Assembly: GCA_951406725.2 (NCBI GenBank)
Contig: OX597819.1
Coordinates: 86,676,001 to 86,740,000 of the forward strand
From: Octopus vulgaris
Lineage: Eukaryota
Length of the DNA: 64,000 nucleotides
Reading direction: 5' to 3'
A program made the translations under genes and the position numbers. Shown piece after piece: positions 38,225-51,975 of this stretch. The notes below the pieces were generated by a model, which was not told the origin of the DNA, ran no database searches, and saw nothing but the letters and a program-made list of their open reading frames with translations. Numbering within the stretch: position 1 is the first letter of the stretch; each line of letters opens with the position of its first letter.

Positions 38225-38900
38225 ATCCTCCAAAACAAAGACACCATGCATCCCAAAAAATCATAGGTTAATAACATGCCTATCAACAACCTACAAACCC
38301 TCAAATCACTCATCTATAACCGGCCCATGATACGCCTGGAAAACAACAATGTTTTGCTAGAAGAACAAAACAGGTGCCGGAGAGGGATGTATTGTTGTAA
38401 GGAGCGACTTCTGGTAAATCGAATCATAGAGAATTGTAAGAAGGGAAAGTCAAATCTCAACATGATTTAGATTAGTTACCAGAAAGCATTCGACAATGTT
38501 CCACGCTCATGAATACTTGGATCGCTCCACACAAATAAATTAGCTCTGACTCAACTAAAATATATCAATCATGTAATGGCAATAAACTGGAAAACCAATA
38601 TAACACTGAAAAATGAATCACACGTAATTAAAACTTGCCCTATACGCAAAAGAAGAGGGATATTCCAAGGAGACACGCTGTCAACCCTGATTTTCTGCTT
38701 TGCTCCGACCCCGTTAAGTAACTTGTTAAATGAAACCACTTATACATTAAAAAAATTTCACTAAAAATACCACGGAACAAAGAAACCTTCTAACAATTGT
38801 CCTTATTTTCAGGAAAAACATCGAGATAAGCATAGGGCAGGACAAATGTGCCAAAGTGACACTGAGAAGAGGCAACTTAATCAGCGCTGAAAACACTGCA
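38225..38900 (+). mobile_element. R4/Dong-like LINE RT fragment
   Basis: EEQNRCRRG..CKERLLVN, YQKAFDNVP, RRGIFQGDTLSTLIFC, IGQDKCA. Confidence 0.82.
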
Positions 38901-38916
38901 CTCGACATACGCATCT

Positions 38917-39140
38917 GCCACGTAAAAGGCACTACTCACCTCGCCTGAGCTTGTGCCACGAAAAAGCGCTAAGTCCACTCTGCTGAGTGGTTGGTGTAAG
39001 GAATGGCATCCAGCTGTAAAAATCCTACCAAAACATTCGCAGAAGTCTGGTGCAGGCTTCGACCTAGACAGTTCTTGTGAAACCGTCCCACCCATGCTAG
39101 CATGGAAGGTGGACGTTAAATGATGATGATGATGATGATG
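38917..39140 (+). mobile_element. RTE-related SINE 3' portion (family E) with (GAT)n tail
   Basis: GTGGTTGGTGTAAGGAATGGCATCCAGCTGTAAAAA ... CCCATGCTAGCATGGAAGGTGGACGTTAAA(TGA)n. Confidence 0.7.
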
Positions 39141-39142
39141 AA

Positions 39143-39155
39143 GCTACTACTACTG

Positions 39156-39219
<64 letters not shown>

Positions 39220-39232
39220 CAGCAACAGCAAC
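39143..39232. repeat. (TAG)n-dominated trinucleotide tract
   Basis: Directly visible. Confidence 0.95.
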
Positions 39233-40133
39233 TTTTTAATCACATACTGCAAAATTTATATATATAAAATAGTCAATGTGAATACTAATTCTCGTTATAA
39301 TGTCTGCCTGAAGGTCTAATTTTAAACATTCAGTATTGATTTGTATCGACTAGACGTTTTATTTCCAAATCTTTGTAAAAATAAGACACACACACTTTGC
39401 TCAGTAGCATTTCTGACAGAGAAGGAAAAGATCTTCAGTTCAAAATGTCGTTGGATTTGCTAAAATTATTAACGGCATAATCACCTTTAAATATTTTCCT
39501 GCTGTCTGAAAACTAAATTGATAAATGGGACAAAATTATCATGAATAATAAAATTGTTAATATGGCAAGCTTCTTACAGTACAAAAAAAAATACGTTTAA
39601 AAATCTTTATATTTCAAACACAGACCCCTCTTCGGAAGTAAAAAATCGACAAACATTAGTCTAGTGCCGGTAGACAAACATTTCTTGATTGTTTATTTCT
39701 GATGATGAGCCATTGTACCTGAAACATAAAGGTTATTAAACTTATTACGCTTTGCATTTTACGCTCTCCACCTTCAATGCTTTATTTTACTTTTTACTTA
39801 CAATGCTTCGAGGTACTACGCATTTTTATCTTGAATAGTATAATATACCAGAAAAGAGAAAAAAAAAAAGAATCACCCCCGTCTTGAATGCTTGTTGAGT
39901 TATCATTATTTCAAAATACAGAAACACGGTATTCAACTAATCATGTAACCAGCATCAGACTACTGTGTCCGAAAGAAGTACGAACACCTCTAGAAAGGCA
40001 AGAGTTTACCAAAATACTCGCTCAAATATAATTAAAAAACATCATTTACAAAAATGACCATTTTAAAGAAAGTAAGTTTCTAAACAATCAACACACACAC
40101 TCGCACACACGCGTGTACACACACACACGCGTG

Positions 40134-40209
<76 letters not shown>

Positions 40210-41393
40210 ACACGCACACAGAGTTTTAAAAGGAAAATAATAAAAGACTGCTCGTAGATAATGGACAAAAATTGGTTACATATAATTTTCCCTTTTATTT
40301 TCTAAATACCAACAAAAATACATTTTTTCTGATCTAGTTGATAGTACACTGCAATAATAATTATACAGCACGTGATTTGAGAATATATGTAGGACAGAAT
40401 TAAGACCTGGAAAACATCAGATCTTAAAGTGCAACATTAGTCAATGCATCGTTTAAATAAATGAGATTGTGAAGATGTTACATCGACGTTATTTTGATAA
40501 TTTACTGCTGTAGAAATGCGCTATGGAAAATTGCATATTCTCATGTTTATGTGTCAGTGAAATGATTAGTGCTTTAGAGTCAATTGTATGTGATAAGATA
40601 ATAGACCATCAATAAGGAGAACAAGTAGTTAATTGTTCGTGCATTTAAATTGTTTAAATTATTCTATCGAGTCGAGGGCAAGATAGAAGCTTCCTGATAG
40701 TAAGAGGGAAAGGAAATAGAGAGCAGGATAACTGTAGGTGCAAAGATGTTATTTACAGCTAAGAGAAAGAAAACCAATGTATCTTCTCGTTTGTTACAGC
40801 TAACAGAAAGAAAACTAACATATCTACTAGGTTTTGATTGGCTAAAGTTTCTGATCGATGAAAATTCGTGATTATATAAATTAACACACGTAATAGAGAT
40901 GTTTAAGTGTTTTTGTTATACTAACCAAAAATTGTTAAACTAGCCTAAAATTTCTGAGTGGTTAACGGTGAATCTGAAATGAAGCCGTCTGCTTGAAATC
41001 GCCATAACCACCAGTCCAACTATTATTCCTAAACATCACCTTCTGTTAACACACTTGGCTATCACGGTCACAGCTGTTGTGGAAGGATTTCGACCATCCA
41101 CAAAGTGACTAAATGTTGCCTGACTGTGAGCGATTGGCAGTTTGGATTGGTAAGCAGTTCATTGTGAGCCGTTAATACAGAGTGTTGAGTCTCGTGTAAT
41201 AGTAATAGCAGTGCGTTGTGTAATTATTTTCTTTCCCCCCTGCTTCGTTAAATTACATGTCCAACATACAAGGATATAAAAGTAGCGACGAGTTGTTCGA
41301 AGCTTGTGTTTGTTGTTTTAACTTTTTCTTTTTCTTTGGTGCGAAACCAAAGAAAACTCGGTTAACATTGAGAACTTATTGGTCTCTGTGGTG

Positions 41394-41503
41394 CAGTTGC
41401 AACAGCAGCAATAGCAACAGCAGCAACAACAACATCAACTACAGCAGTTACAGCAATAATTGCAACAGCAGCAACTACAACAGCAACAACAGCAAAACCA
41501 ACA
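41394..41503 (+). repeat. Degenerate (CAG/CAA)n tract
   Basis: Directly visible; no supported reading frame around it. Confidence 0.85.
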
Positions 41504-41744
41504 GTTTTTCGTTTTTGCTTAAATGTTGGTGTGGCCTTTCCTTTTATTTGAAACTGCGCCTTCGTTTTAGTGCAGAGACCTAATTTATGAAACAACGTCA
41601 GGAAAAAATATTTAATTTTGTTTTTCAATTAAATGAAGTTTCAAAGTTTCAACAAGTAGAGCACGTGTTGATTAACATACTAATAGCAGTATTGGAATTT
41701 TACATTATGTAGCTTATTCGCTTTAAGTCAACATTTTTCTGGTT

Positions 41745-42016
41745 GAAATACACCGAAAAATGGCGACACAGCAGTAAAAAAATCGTAAAAACTAGGGATT
41801 TTCATAGAAAAAAAGCACCATTTTTTATGTAAATAATTTTTGTTGTTAACATGGTCCAATTTGAATTTTATCGTCTACAGAATAAAGAGCAAGCCTTCTT
41901 CTATCATACTCTCAATTTTGGTCAACTTGCGCCGCAGGGTCTCGGAGGAGATAGTATTAGTTGAAGGTTACCAAACTTGCCATACACAGACAACTTCAGC
42001 TTTATATAGATATAGA
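41745..42016 (-). mobile_element. Helitron-like non-autonomous element, 5' part
   Basis: The plus strand ends ACACAGACAACTTCAGCTTTATATAGATATAGAT, the same terminal architecture as 30585-30969; the CTAG end was not found. Confidence 0.45.
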
Positions 42017-42240
42017 TTGGGTTGTCCGGAAAGTTCGTGCCGATTTTTAAAGGAAAGAAAATGGTCAATAAATACTTGCCATTACATTTTTAATCAACCA
42101 AATATGAACCATTTTGTTGCATAATGCGTCTCCATCTTTCCTTTAACTTGAAAATACCCTCTTCCCAGAATTGAGGTGCCTGGGAGGGTAAGTCGAAGGT
42201 AAGCTACTATAAATCGGCACTAACTTTCCGGACAACCCAA
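42017..42240 (-). mobile_element. Mariner-derived MITE
   Basis: 30-bp TIRs TTGGGTTGTCCGGAAAGTT(C/A)GTGCCGATTT with 1 mismatch; interior rc encodes FWEEGIFKLKERWRRIMQQNGSYLVD* (mariner C-terminus). Confidence 0.9.
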
Positions 42241-42245
42241 TATAT

Positions 42246-42841
42246 TGCTTTCAAATTTTAGCACAAGGCCAAGAAGCTCGGTAGATTGGATCGACCCCAG
42301 TGTCCGACTGGTAGTTACTGTATCGACCCGGATGGATGAAAGGCAAAGACGACCTCAGCAGAATTTAAAATCAAACGGTGAAGACGTACGAAATGTCTCT
42401 AACTATTTTGCCCAGCGTGCTAAATATTCTAATTTCCTTACTACCCACAAGGGGCTAAACATAGAGGGGACAAACAAGGATAGACAAACGGATTAAGTCG
42501 ATTATATTGACCCCACGCGTAACTGATACTTATTTAATCGACCCCGAAAGGATGAAATGCAAAGTCGACCACGGCAGAATTTGAACTCAGAACATAGCGG
42601 CAGACGAAATACCTATTTCTTTACTACCCACAAGGGGCTAAACACAGAGAAGACAAACAAGGACAGACAAACAGATTAAGTCGACTACATCGACCCCAGT
42701 GCGTAACTGGTACTTAATTTATCGACCCCGAAAGGACGAAAGGCAAAGTCGACCTCGATGGAATTTGAACTCAGAACGTAACGGCAGACGAAATACCGCT
42801 AAGCATTTCGCCTAGCGTGCTAAAGATTCTACCAGCTCGCA
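42246..42841 (-). mobile_element. SINE family C dimer plus an older monomer
   Basis: Head at about 42840; junction rc GGTAGTAAAGAAATAG|GTATTTCGTCTG at about 42613. Confidence 0.88.
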
Positions 42842-42884
42842 ATCTTTGATTGATATTCCACATTAATTCATGGTATATTTTTAT

Positions 42885-43283
42885 CCTTTACTTGTTTCAG
42901 CCATTGAACTGTGGTCATGCTAGGGCTATACCTTGAATGGTGTAGTCGAAGAAATCGATAGCAGTACTTATTTGTCTGATACTTATTTTATCGGAATATT
43001 TGCCGAACCGCTAATTTATAGAGATATAAACAAGCCTACATCGGTGGTCAAACGCTGGAGGAAGTAGAAATCACGCACATGCACACACACACATACACAC
43101 GCACACATGCACACGCGCACACACATACACACGCACGCACACACACATATACACACACACATACACACACACATGCACATACACACGCGCGCACATACAC
43201 ACATACACACACAGACATACACATACACACGCACACACACGCACATACGCACACATACACACACACACATACATACGCACACG

Positions 43284-43324
<41 letters not shown>

Positions 43325-43482
43325 GGCAGCTTGTACACAGTTTCCGTCTACTAACTTCACTTAAAGGCATTGGTCGGCCCGGAGATATAACAGAAAACAC
43401 TTAACCAAAGTGTCATGCAGTGAGACGTAACCCGAAACTACGTAGCTGCAAAGTTAGTTTCTTAACAACGCTGCTATGCCTG
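42885..43482 (-). mobile_element. SINE family A (older copy) with expanded (CA)n
   Basis: Tail CTTGTTTCAGCCATTGAACTG.. and head side GGCATTGGTCGGCCC..CATGCAGTG. Confidence 0.8.
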
Positions 43483-43486
43483 CTCG

Positions 43487-43872
43487 TGTGGTAAGTAGCT
43501 TGCTTACCAACCACATGGTTCCGGGTTCAGTCCCACTGCGTGGAACCTTGGGCAAGTATCTTCTACTATAGCCTCGGGCCGATCAAAGCCTTGTGAGTGG
43601 ATTTGGTATACGGAAACTGAAAGAAGCCCGTCGTATATATGTATATATACATATATGTGTGTATGCTTGTCTGTTTGCCACCCCCCAACATCGCTTGACA
43701 ACCGGTGGTGGTGTGTTTACGTCCCCGTAAGCTAGCGGTTCGGCAAAAGAGACCGATAGAATAAGTACTGGGCTTCCAAAGAATAAGTTCTGGGGCAGAA
43801 TTGCTAGACTAAAGGCGGTGCTCCAGCATGGCCGCAGTCAAATGACTGAAACAAGTAAAAGAGTACAAGAGT
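43487..43872 (+). mobile_element. SINE family A (young copy)
   Basis: GTGTGGTAAGTAGCTTGCTTACCAACCACATGGTTCCGGGTTCAGTCCC ... GCAGTCAAATGACTGAAACAAGTAAAAGAG. Confidence 0.9.
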
Positions 43873-44439
43873 AACATGTTGATTAGTATGATATTGACGT
43901 TTCCAGATCCATCGAATAGCTTAAGCTAATTAAATCTGTAGGAGGCTGTGTTGTTAACCTCTCAGTAAATACAAAGGAGACATATAATTTTGTTAGCGTA
44001 TAGTTAAGGAAAACGCATGTTGATAGATCACACATGAAGTATATATTCATGCGATGATAACATTTCTTTGCAATTTGCGTGGGATTTTTAATATAGTAAA
44101 GGGATACTGTACATAATTTCATGGTTATAATATAGTAAAGGGATACTCTCTATTTTTTTTTTTAGCTCATTCAATGCAATTCTATGTATGAAATTAACAA
44201 AAGCTCATGTAAAGGTATGATGTTACTCGGATCAATTTTGCAATGATGTTCATCAATTTTAAGAAAGCAGTTATGTTATATAAGCTTTTAGAAACTGCAG
44301 TACAGGGTTTTAATAATCATTCTACAAGTCGCACAAAATACATGAACTCATAAAAAAAGATCCTGATACAAAAAAAAAAAAACTTGCTTAATGAAGAAAA
44401 TACCAGTTCTAGTATTTACTATCTTATAGCTTCCTTTGT

Positions 44440-44830
44440 TCTTTTATTTCAGTCATTGGACTGCGGCCTTGCTGGGGTATCGCCTTGAAGGGTTTAGTCG
44501 AACAAATCAATCTCAGTGCTAATTTTTAAATCTGGCATTTCTTATTCTATCGGTAACTTTGAATAAACCGCTAAGTAACGGAACTATAAACAAACACCAG
44601 CTGTCAAGCGGAGGTTGCGGTAGTGAGATAAACACACACACACATACGCATATACACACTCACATACATACGACGCACTTCCTCATTGATTCTGGCTGCC
44701 AAATTCACTCATATGGCATTGGTCAGCCTGGGGCTATAGTAGAAGACACTTGATTAAAGTGCCATGCAGTGGAACTTAACCCGAAATTACGTGGTTGCAA
44801 ATAGAGCCTATGTACCACATTGCCACGCCT
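44440..44830 (-). mobile_element. SINE family A (diverged)
   Basis: TTTCAGTCATTGGACTGCGGCC.. and GGGCTATAGTAGAAGACACTTG. Confidence 0.8.
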
Positions 44831-45049
44831 CGTCTTTAGCTAGCTATCCCTGCGTTCATGAAAAGCTTTGTGTATTTCACATGCATTGAATAAGGACACT
44901 AACTCAAAATGATCAGCATAGACAAGGCGTATCGTTTTCGACATACTTTGCTTCCAGCTGTGTGTTTATTTTGCTCCTTGCATTTAAATACTGTAAAGGG
45001 AAGGTCTTTTTATATATATTGTTTTCACCCTTCATCATCAGTGTCTCAT

Positions 45050-45950
45050 TCTTAACATCAAATGCAACAGCTTCATTTACTATGCTCTGGCAACCAGATC
45101 GTTTACACATATTTATGCATCACAATCCAATTTCTCTTCAGCATGATGCATTTGAAGATGTTTGCACTTCATCCATGCTTGAAATTGTCTTTTTTGCAGC
45201 TGCAACTGGTGAGTTTTACAATGCCTCCAAGGACTGGTGGAAGATTATATCATTTAATTTGAAGGTCCTTGAGATCATCAACTTCCCCAAGCTTCCATCT
45301 CTTCTTATTTGGAGAATTGATGTTTTGAATTAGTTCCAAATCAACCTCTTGATAATGCGCACACATTGTTTCACAAGAGACTCTTCGTTTCAAGTATGTG
45401 ACTTTTCTGTGAGTGTACCAAGTCGGAACGTATCCCTAAGCAACATTCACATCTGAAGCTTTCAATACCCGTACATATGATATGTAAACTAATCCAAACC
45501 AGAAATCATGTTAGAAGTGACAAAAGGCATACCAAGCTCTTGACATGTTCGTAGCACTCGGAAAGGCTTAATCATTCTTTTTCTAAAGAATATACTTACA
45601 GAATCACTGTCAGTGAATGGATGGAACCCAAGCAGCGAGGTTACAGCGTCAAAGCCATGCTGAATACTGTCAAAAGTTAGATTTTGTCACAACTAGTGCG
45701 TCGTAAACTTCTGTTCACATCTCACGCTGACTTTGTAACCACATCTAGTGGAATTGATGTGGATGTCGAAGATGTTAACTGATGATGGTGCCTGCATACA
45801 AGAATAAGCAGATATTTGCTTCCTTATGATTACAAAAGAGTTCCGACACGAGTATAATTTTCATCACTCTATGTTACCTTGGAAGATCATATTCCTCTTC
45901 TTCATATCATGTCCTTGTACAAATTTACCGGGCACTTTCACTCAGTATGA
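45050..45950 (-). mobile_element. Academ-type DNA transposon remnant (XPG-like domain + Cys-rich finger)
   Basis: rc peptides ELFCNHKEANICLFLYA (HEEADTR-like), LGFHPFTDSDSVSIF (H.FTGCD..S.F-like), MYG, SCSCKK and GL*CINMCKRSGC, in the expected order. Confidence 0.6.
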
Positions 45951-46087
45951 AAATGGTACTTTACAAATTGCTCTTTATTCTCACCTGTATTGAGGAACTT
46001 ATTGAAGTGGACGGTCGCTTTTGGTTTGTGATGTTTGGTTGGATTTCAACAACTTGTGTTCCTGTGGTTCTGATGCGTTTTACAAAA

Positions 46088-46577
46088 TATTGGGTTGGCA
46101 AGAAAGTAATTTCGTTTTTCGCAAATAGAGTTACGATATTTTTGAATGACTTTTGTCAATGATATGATTTTTTCCTTTTGACATTTGATAGCCGTTACTT
46201 TTAGCTTACTTTAGGAGCAAATTGCGCATAATTTTGTTTACAGCTGTTAGTTCACACGGAGTGCAAAAACGAACGTTTTCGCCATATTTTAATTTTTTTC
46301 TTTCCGTAAAGGCAAGAAAGCTGCGGAGGGTCACGAAGTAATATGTAAAGTTTATGGTGTTGATTACTTAACAGAACGCAGATGTCAGAAATGGTTTTAA
46401 AAATTCCGTTCTGGAGATCTTTCACTCAAAGATGACCAACGTTCTGGTCGACCTACTGAAGTTGAAGATGACCGTATCAAAGCCGTAATTGAATCTGATT
46501 GTCATATAACTGTGCGAAAGATTGCAGCGAGGTTAAATGTATCACACACAACAATTGAAAATCATTTAAAATGTCAG
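46088..46577 (+). mobile_element. Mariner 5' fragment (mellifera-like)
   Basis: TA-TTGGGTTGGCAAGAAAGTAATT TIR; FRHIL, RKGKKAAE, CQKWF.KFRSGDLSLKDDQRSGRPTEV, LNVSHTTIENHLK. Confidence 0.88.
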
Positions 46578-46780
46578 TGTCTCACTCAAAGAAACAAGAA
46601 AAGCACGCAGACACACACAGAATAAAGAAAGGCTGAGAAAATATTGTTTCGTTGCAGATAAAAATGTTTGTTAATCATGCACGTAACTTCGTGAATTGCT
46701 CGAAGTTAAAGTCTTGTGTTACGTTGTCTGTACGTCGAAAGACAAGGAAACGCACACACACATACACACGCACGCACACG

Positions 46781-46827
<47 letters not shown>

Positions 46828-47089
46828 ACACACTCACACACACACTCACACACACACACAAGCAAAAAAAGTAGCAATACATCCTTTTTGAAGCCTGTAC
46901 TATGTTGTGTTGATAGACTTGCGCGCAAAATTTCCGCATTTTGAATCAAAACTTGTAAGTTACTATGGAGATAACACTATCTGTCTATCTATCTCTGTGT
47001 ATATATTATATTATATTGTGTGAAATTTGATTTAGTGTTTCTAAATTGAATTTTTTCCCTGTAACACGTTTATGGCAAGATAAACTGTT

Positions 47090-47635
47090 CACTTCAGTTA
47101 ATGTTTTACCACAGATTTCACACTGGTGATGTTTACTCGCACCATGTTTCTTTTTGTGCATTGAGAAAGAACTGTTTCGAGTAAATATTTCGCCGCAAAT
47201 TTCACACTCGAACTGTTTTTCTCCCGTATGATTTCATGATTCCACTTGTGTTCGTTTATACCACAGGTTTCACCACAAATATATATATATGTATAGATGT
47301 ACGTCTGTTTTCTTTCCAAAACTTGCACCATAATACTCTCATGAGTTTCAAACCCTACTTCTCTGATTTCTCTACTGATGTTCTTCAGTTGCACTAGGGT
47401 ATCCCGTTTGTTGACGTAAACCTTCTCTTTCAGGCATCCATGATTGAAACCTTTTTGCGCTCGGCCAATCAAAGTAGACTTCACACATGATTCCAGCAAG
47501 ATGAGGCAACTACTCATATCACAGTTGCTACAGCAGTTTTATGGAAAGAGAATAATCTCCCGCTACGCAAATGTCAACTGGCCTTCGTGTTCCCCAGACT
47601 TGACTAGCCCGATTTTTTTCTTCTGGGGAAATTTT
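47090..47635. mobile_element. Rearranged IS630-Tc1-mariner transposase fragments
   Basis: Plus strand FQQDEATTH and RIISR..VNWPSCSPDLTSPIFFFWG; minus strand GCLKEKVYVNKRDTLVQLK. Confidence 0.75.
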
Positions 47636-48149
47636 TTTGTCACTTTGAAAGAAAAAAATGTTCTTCACAAGAAATATCTTGCTTTTATTGCTATCTGTTC
47701 TTTCACATAGTATAGTCACACCATAATAATGTAATAAACGGGTTGAGAATTATGCTTTGATACGAAACAGCTAGTTCCTCTTAGTAGAAAAGCTGAGAAT
47801 GTCGTTATTATTAGATTCTAATACTAAAAGAAATATCGTAAAAAATTCTGTAACACTCTGAGAATATAAAATTTTTTCCATCGTACAAAAATATTTTTAT
47901 CTATCACTGTGTTTTTACTACTATTTATACATCCTTTCAAGAAGTCAAATAGAACAAGTATTATTCAAGTATTGGGGTTAACTTAATTTACTGTATACAT
48001 TTCCAATATGCGCGTGACCGTGTGCTTATTTATGAAATGAATTTTAATAACATTTCGTTCTTCTGGTAATCTGTAAAATAGAAACCAATGATTTACTAGA
48101 GTCAATTTAATAGACTATTATTCAATCTGATATTTTACGACGTTGTGCT

Positions 48150-49270
48150 GTGCCAAAGTTAGAAATTAGAATTATGTGCAGTATTCACACTTTGGGCAAT
48201 GGCCGACAAAGTCCACAAAAACATGAAAAGACAGCACTTGCAAAATAACTGCAGCAAGAATAAATACACAAAGGTAGTACTGCAAAGCTTAGAGAACAAT
48301 ATCTTACATGTTGACAGTGAGCTCCTCAAAAAGAATTATTTTCTTAACGACCTCTCGTACAACCCCAAAAGTGCTTGACAAACAAGACTAAGAAAGAGCT
48401 GGATGTGAACGATCAGTATATCCAAACAATGACTATGGATGGGTATGTCTTCCAAAGATTTGAGGTCATCAGCAATATAAACAAAAAGTACAGTCTTTCT
48501 TGAATTCGTGACCCCTATATCACTTCACACTCCGGAGGTTTTGCGTTTGTAATTTAAGAACAAGAGATTGCTACAAAATAATAAACAAAAGAGATAGTAA
48601 AGTTCTTGGAGTTCCAAGATGACACTGAAAATGCCAATTGTGTTACATTTCTGTAGAAGACATACCATATGATCAGCAGGCAGCTGTCCAAAAGTGCCAT
48701 CAAGATGCTACCTTCCAATGCGACACAATATTGACACTAAAATGATATACAATGCCCACCGAAATATAAGTCTACCTTAGATTTTCTCTGTCGTTGAATA
48801 CATACATAAACATCAACAGATGGAACATTGGAGAAATGTTACCATCAGAACTTTCACCAAATGCAAACAAAACAGGTTAGATATCATTGTTTGCGACTAA
48901 CAGGAAAAATATATGCCATAATAGAAATCAGTTAGATGCCCTGCTGATGCGAGTATCTCTTCGAAGATAAAAGGGGGGGGGATAAAAATAACTATCGATA
49001 ACTACTTTGAAGCCTTCAGCTTCGATACCCAGATTATACATTCACGTTTATACCAATAACAATTGTTGCTCTTGGTTTGTGAGTAAATGCTTAAATGAAA
49101 ATTTGGAAAAGCGAGGGTTTTCAAAAAAGAAATCAACCAGCTAACGCGAACATTACAAACACAATCTGTAAGCGGATGGATAGAAATAGGCAAGATATTT
49201 CCCAAGTTCAAACTGTAAATTTGTTTTCTTATCTACATTCCAAAGATGGAGCTTTATATCTTTGTTAGAT
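48150..49270 (+). mobile_element. Decayed R4/Dong-like LINE, same family as 32190-32830
   Basis: KCKQNRLDIIV, CPADASIS, LQLRYPDYTFTFIPI. The 3' UTR ATCTACATTCCAAAGATGGAGCTTTATATCTTTGTTAG matches the rc of about 32207-32245. Confidence 0.8.
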
Positions 49271-49689
49271 GCATGTTTCTTTCTTACGGGAAGACTTCAT
49301 TGCTGGTGGAGTAATACGAGTTTTGCTCTCGTGACTGGACTGAGGCTACGTTGTTTTCCCATTATTAATCAATTGTATAATAACGTCAAATTATAACACT
49401 ATATAGTGCATTTAGGCTCGTTGTGTGACCACCCATTTTGGCAAGAAAATTAGCATACATATTACATGGTCTTAAACTAATTTTGCCGGTAAATTTAAAA
49501 CGTTTATATTAATTTAGCATTAGAATTCTTCAAATTGTATAAAAGAAGTTATGGTCTGCATCATTCGAAAGAGAAATAAATTCCACATAAGCTGTAAAAG
49601 ATGAGAATAATTTGTATGGTGTTAGTAACAAAATATTTTCTAAGAAAAAGAAGTTTTATCATCGGTCTTAAAATTATTTTCGCCATATA

Positions 49690-49778
49690 TAGATATAGTG
49701 TACATATGCATATACATATAATTATATACATATACATATATATGTACATATATATATACATATATATATGTACATATG

Positions 49779-49810
<32 letters not shown>

Positions 49811-50085
49811 CATATACAAACATATATATATATACAAACATATATATATATACAAACATATATATATATATACAAACATACATATATACAAACATATATA
49901 TATACATATACGTGTATATATATGCATACATATATACATATATATATGCACATATATACATATACATATATACATGCATATACGTATACATATGTATACG
50001 CATATATATACATACATATACACATGCACACACATACATACACATACATACACATTCACACACATACACATACACACATATATAT
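49690..50085. repeat. Degenerate (TA/CA) microsatellite field
   Basis: Directly visible. Confidence 0.95.
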
Positions 50086-50341
50086 TGTCATGTTTTTATA
50101 TTAATGTTTCTGTATCATGCGGCATTGCTAATTCTCCTACAGCGTATGGTTAATTTATATTGTGGTATATATAAGTATTATGGTATTAATACCTAACAAA
50201 TGAAATGACAAACATTATAAGTAAGGAGTTAATATATGTATCTGTAATTCAGATACATATATTCAGGTATATGGATTAATATATGTCAATATATATATAT
50301 ATAGGTATATATGTATATATACATATATACATACATATATT

Positions 50342-50376
<35 letters not shown>

Positions 50377-50378
50377 TT

Positions 50379-50886
<508 letters not shown>

Positions 50887-51762
50887 TGTAATAGATATTC
50901 TGCGCATACAACTCTTGTAAGTGGGCGTGTGCATGAATAACAAGACGTATCCGCATCTAGTATTTATAAAGCATACATTCATTTAAATATATAGATTTGC
51001 ACACACACACACACATACAATCTCACACACACAGACACAAGCACACAACATAAATACACGCACGCACACGCATGCACATACGTATATATATACATACTAT
51101 ATAAGTGTAATGATATTATAAATATAATATGAATACTTACTTTTATGAATGCACGTATATTAATGTGTTTGTATCGGCATCTATAAATCTGTTTATACAG
51201 AAGTTATTTGATGTTTCTTAATCTTGTATGTACTATTTTCATTATGGCGTTAAATTTAGTGTTAAAAATTCTTAAAACCATTAGCATCGCGTGAATCTAA
51301 ATGATAGTCTAAGATATTATCTAGACAGATATTTATTGACCTAATTATTCCAACGTCCAACTTCAGAAAATATATACTTATACTTTTTCTGTATTTCTAT
51401 GTTTTATCATTGTATGTTTTATTATATATTTCTTCCTTTTTATTTCTTCTTCTTTTTGAATCTTTATCTTTTCTCTTTAATTCTATTCTTCTTTTTATTC
51501 CATTCTATTTATCTTTGGATTTTCGATCTAAACATTGAGTTTTGTAAATCCTACTTCTACTCCTGATATCCTCGATGAAGTGATTGTTACTTGATGTATA
51601 ATTATAAGTATGGATGAAACAGTCATAGCCTGAATATTCTAAATATTAGTGATAGTGTTTTCTGCTGGATTTTCAACCCATCCCTCTCTGTATATTTCTC
51701 CCCCCCTCTCTCTCTCTCTCAATATGTACACATACGTACATAATACATATGTACACATTCAA

Positions 51763-51809
<47 letters not shown>

Positions 51810-51873
51810 TGTGTGCGCGTGTGCGTGTGTGTGTGTGTGTGTATGTATGTATATATGTGTGTGTATGTATGTA

Positions 51874-51975
51874 TTGATAAAAATGGCAAGACAACAAAAG
51901 AATGAAAGAGACCTCGATATTATGTAAATAGAGGAATTTATCTGTAAAATTGTCACATATTACATTTACAGATAT
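51874..51975. mobile_element. Collapsed copy of the 29131-29420 cassette
   Basis: TTGATAAAAATGG(C/T)AAGACAACAAAAGAATGAAAGAGACCTCGATATTATGTAAATAGAGG is shared, then the sequence jumps to TCACATATTACATTT. Confidence 0.85.

Noticed and set aside
41257-41583. Poly-Q/Asn-Ser host protein from the CAG/CAA tract
   Set aside because: Flanking residues are low-complexity with no domain or splice support.
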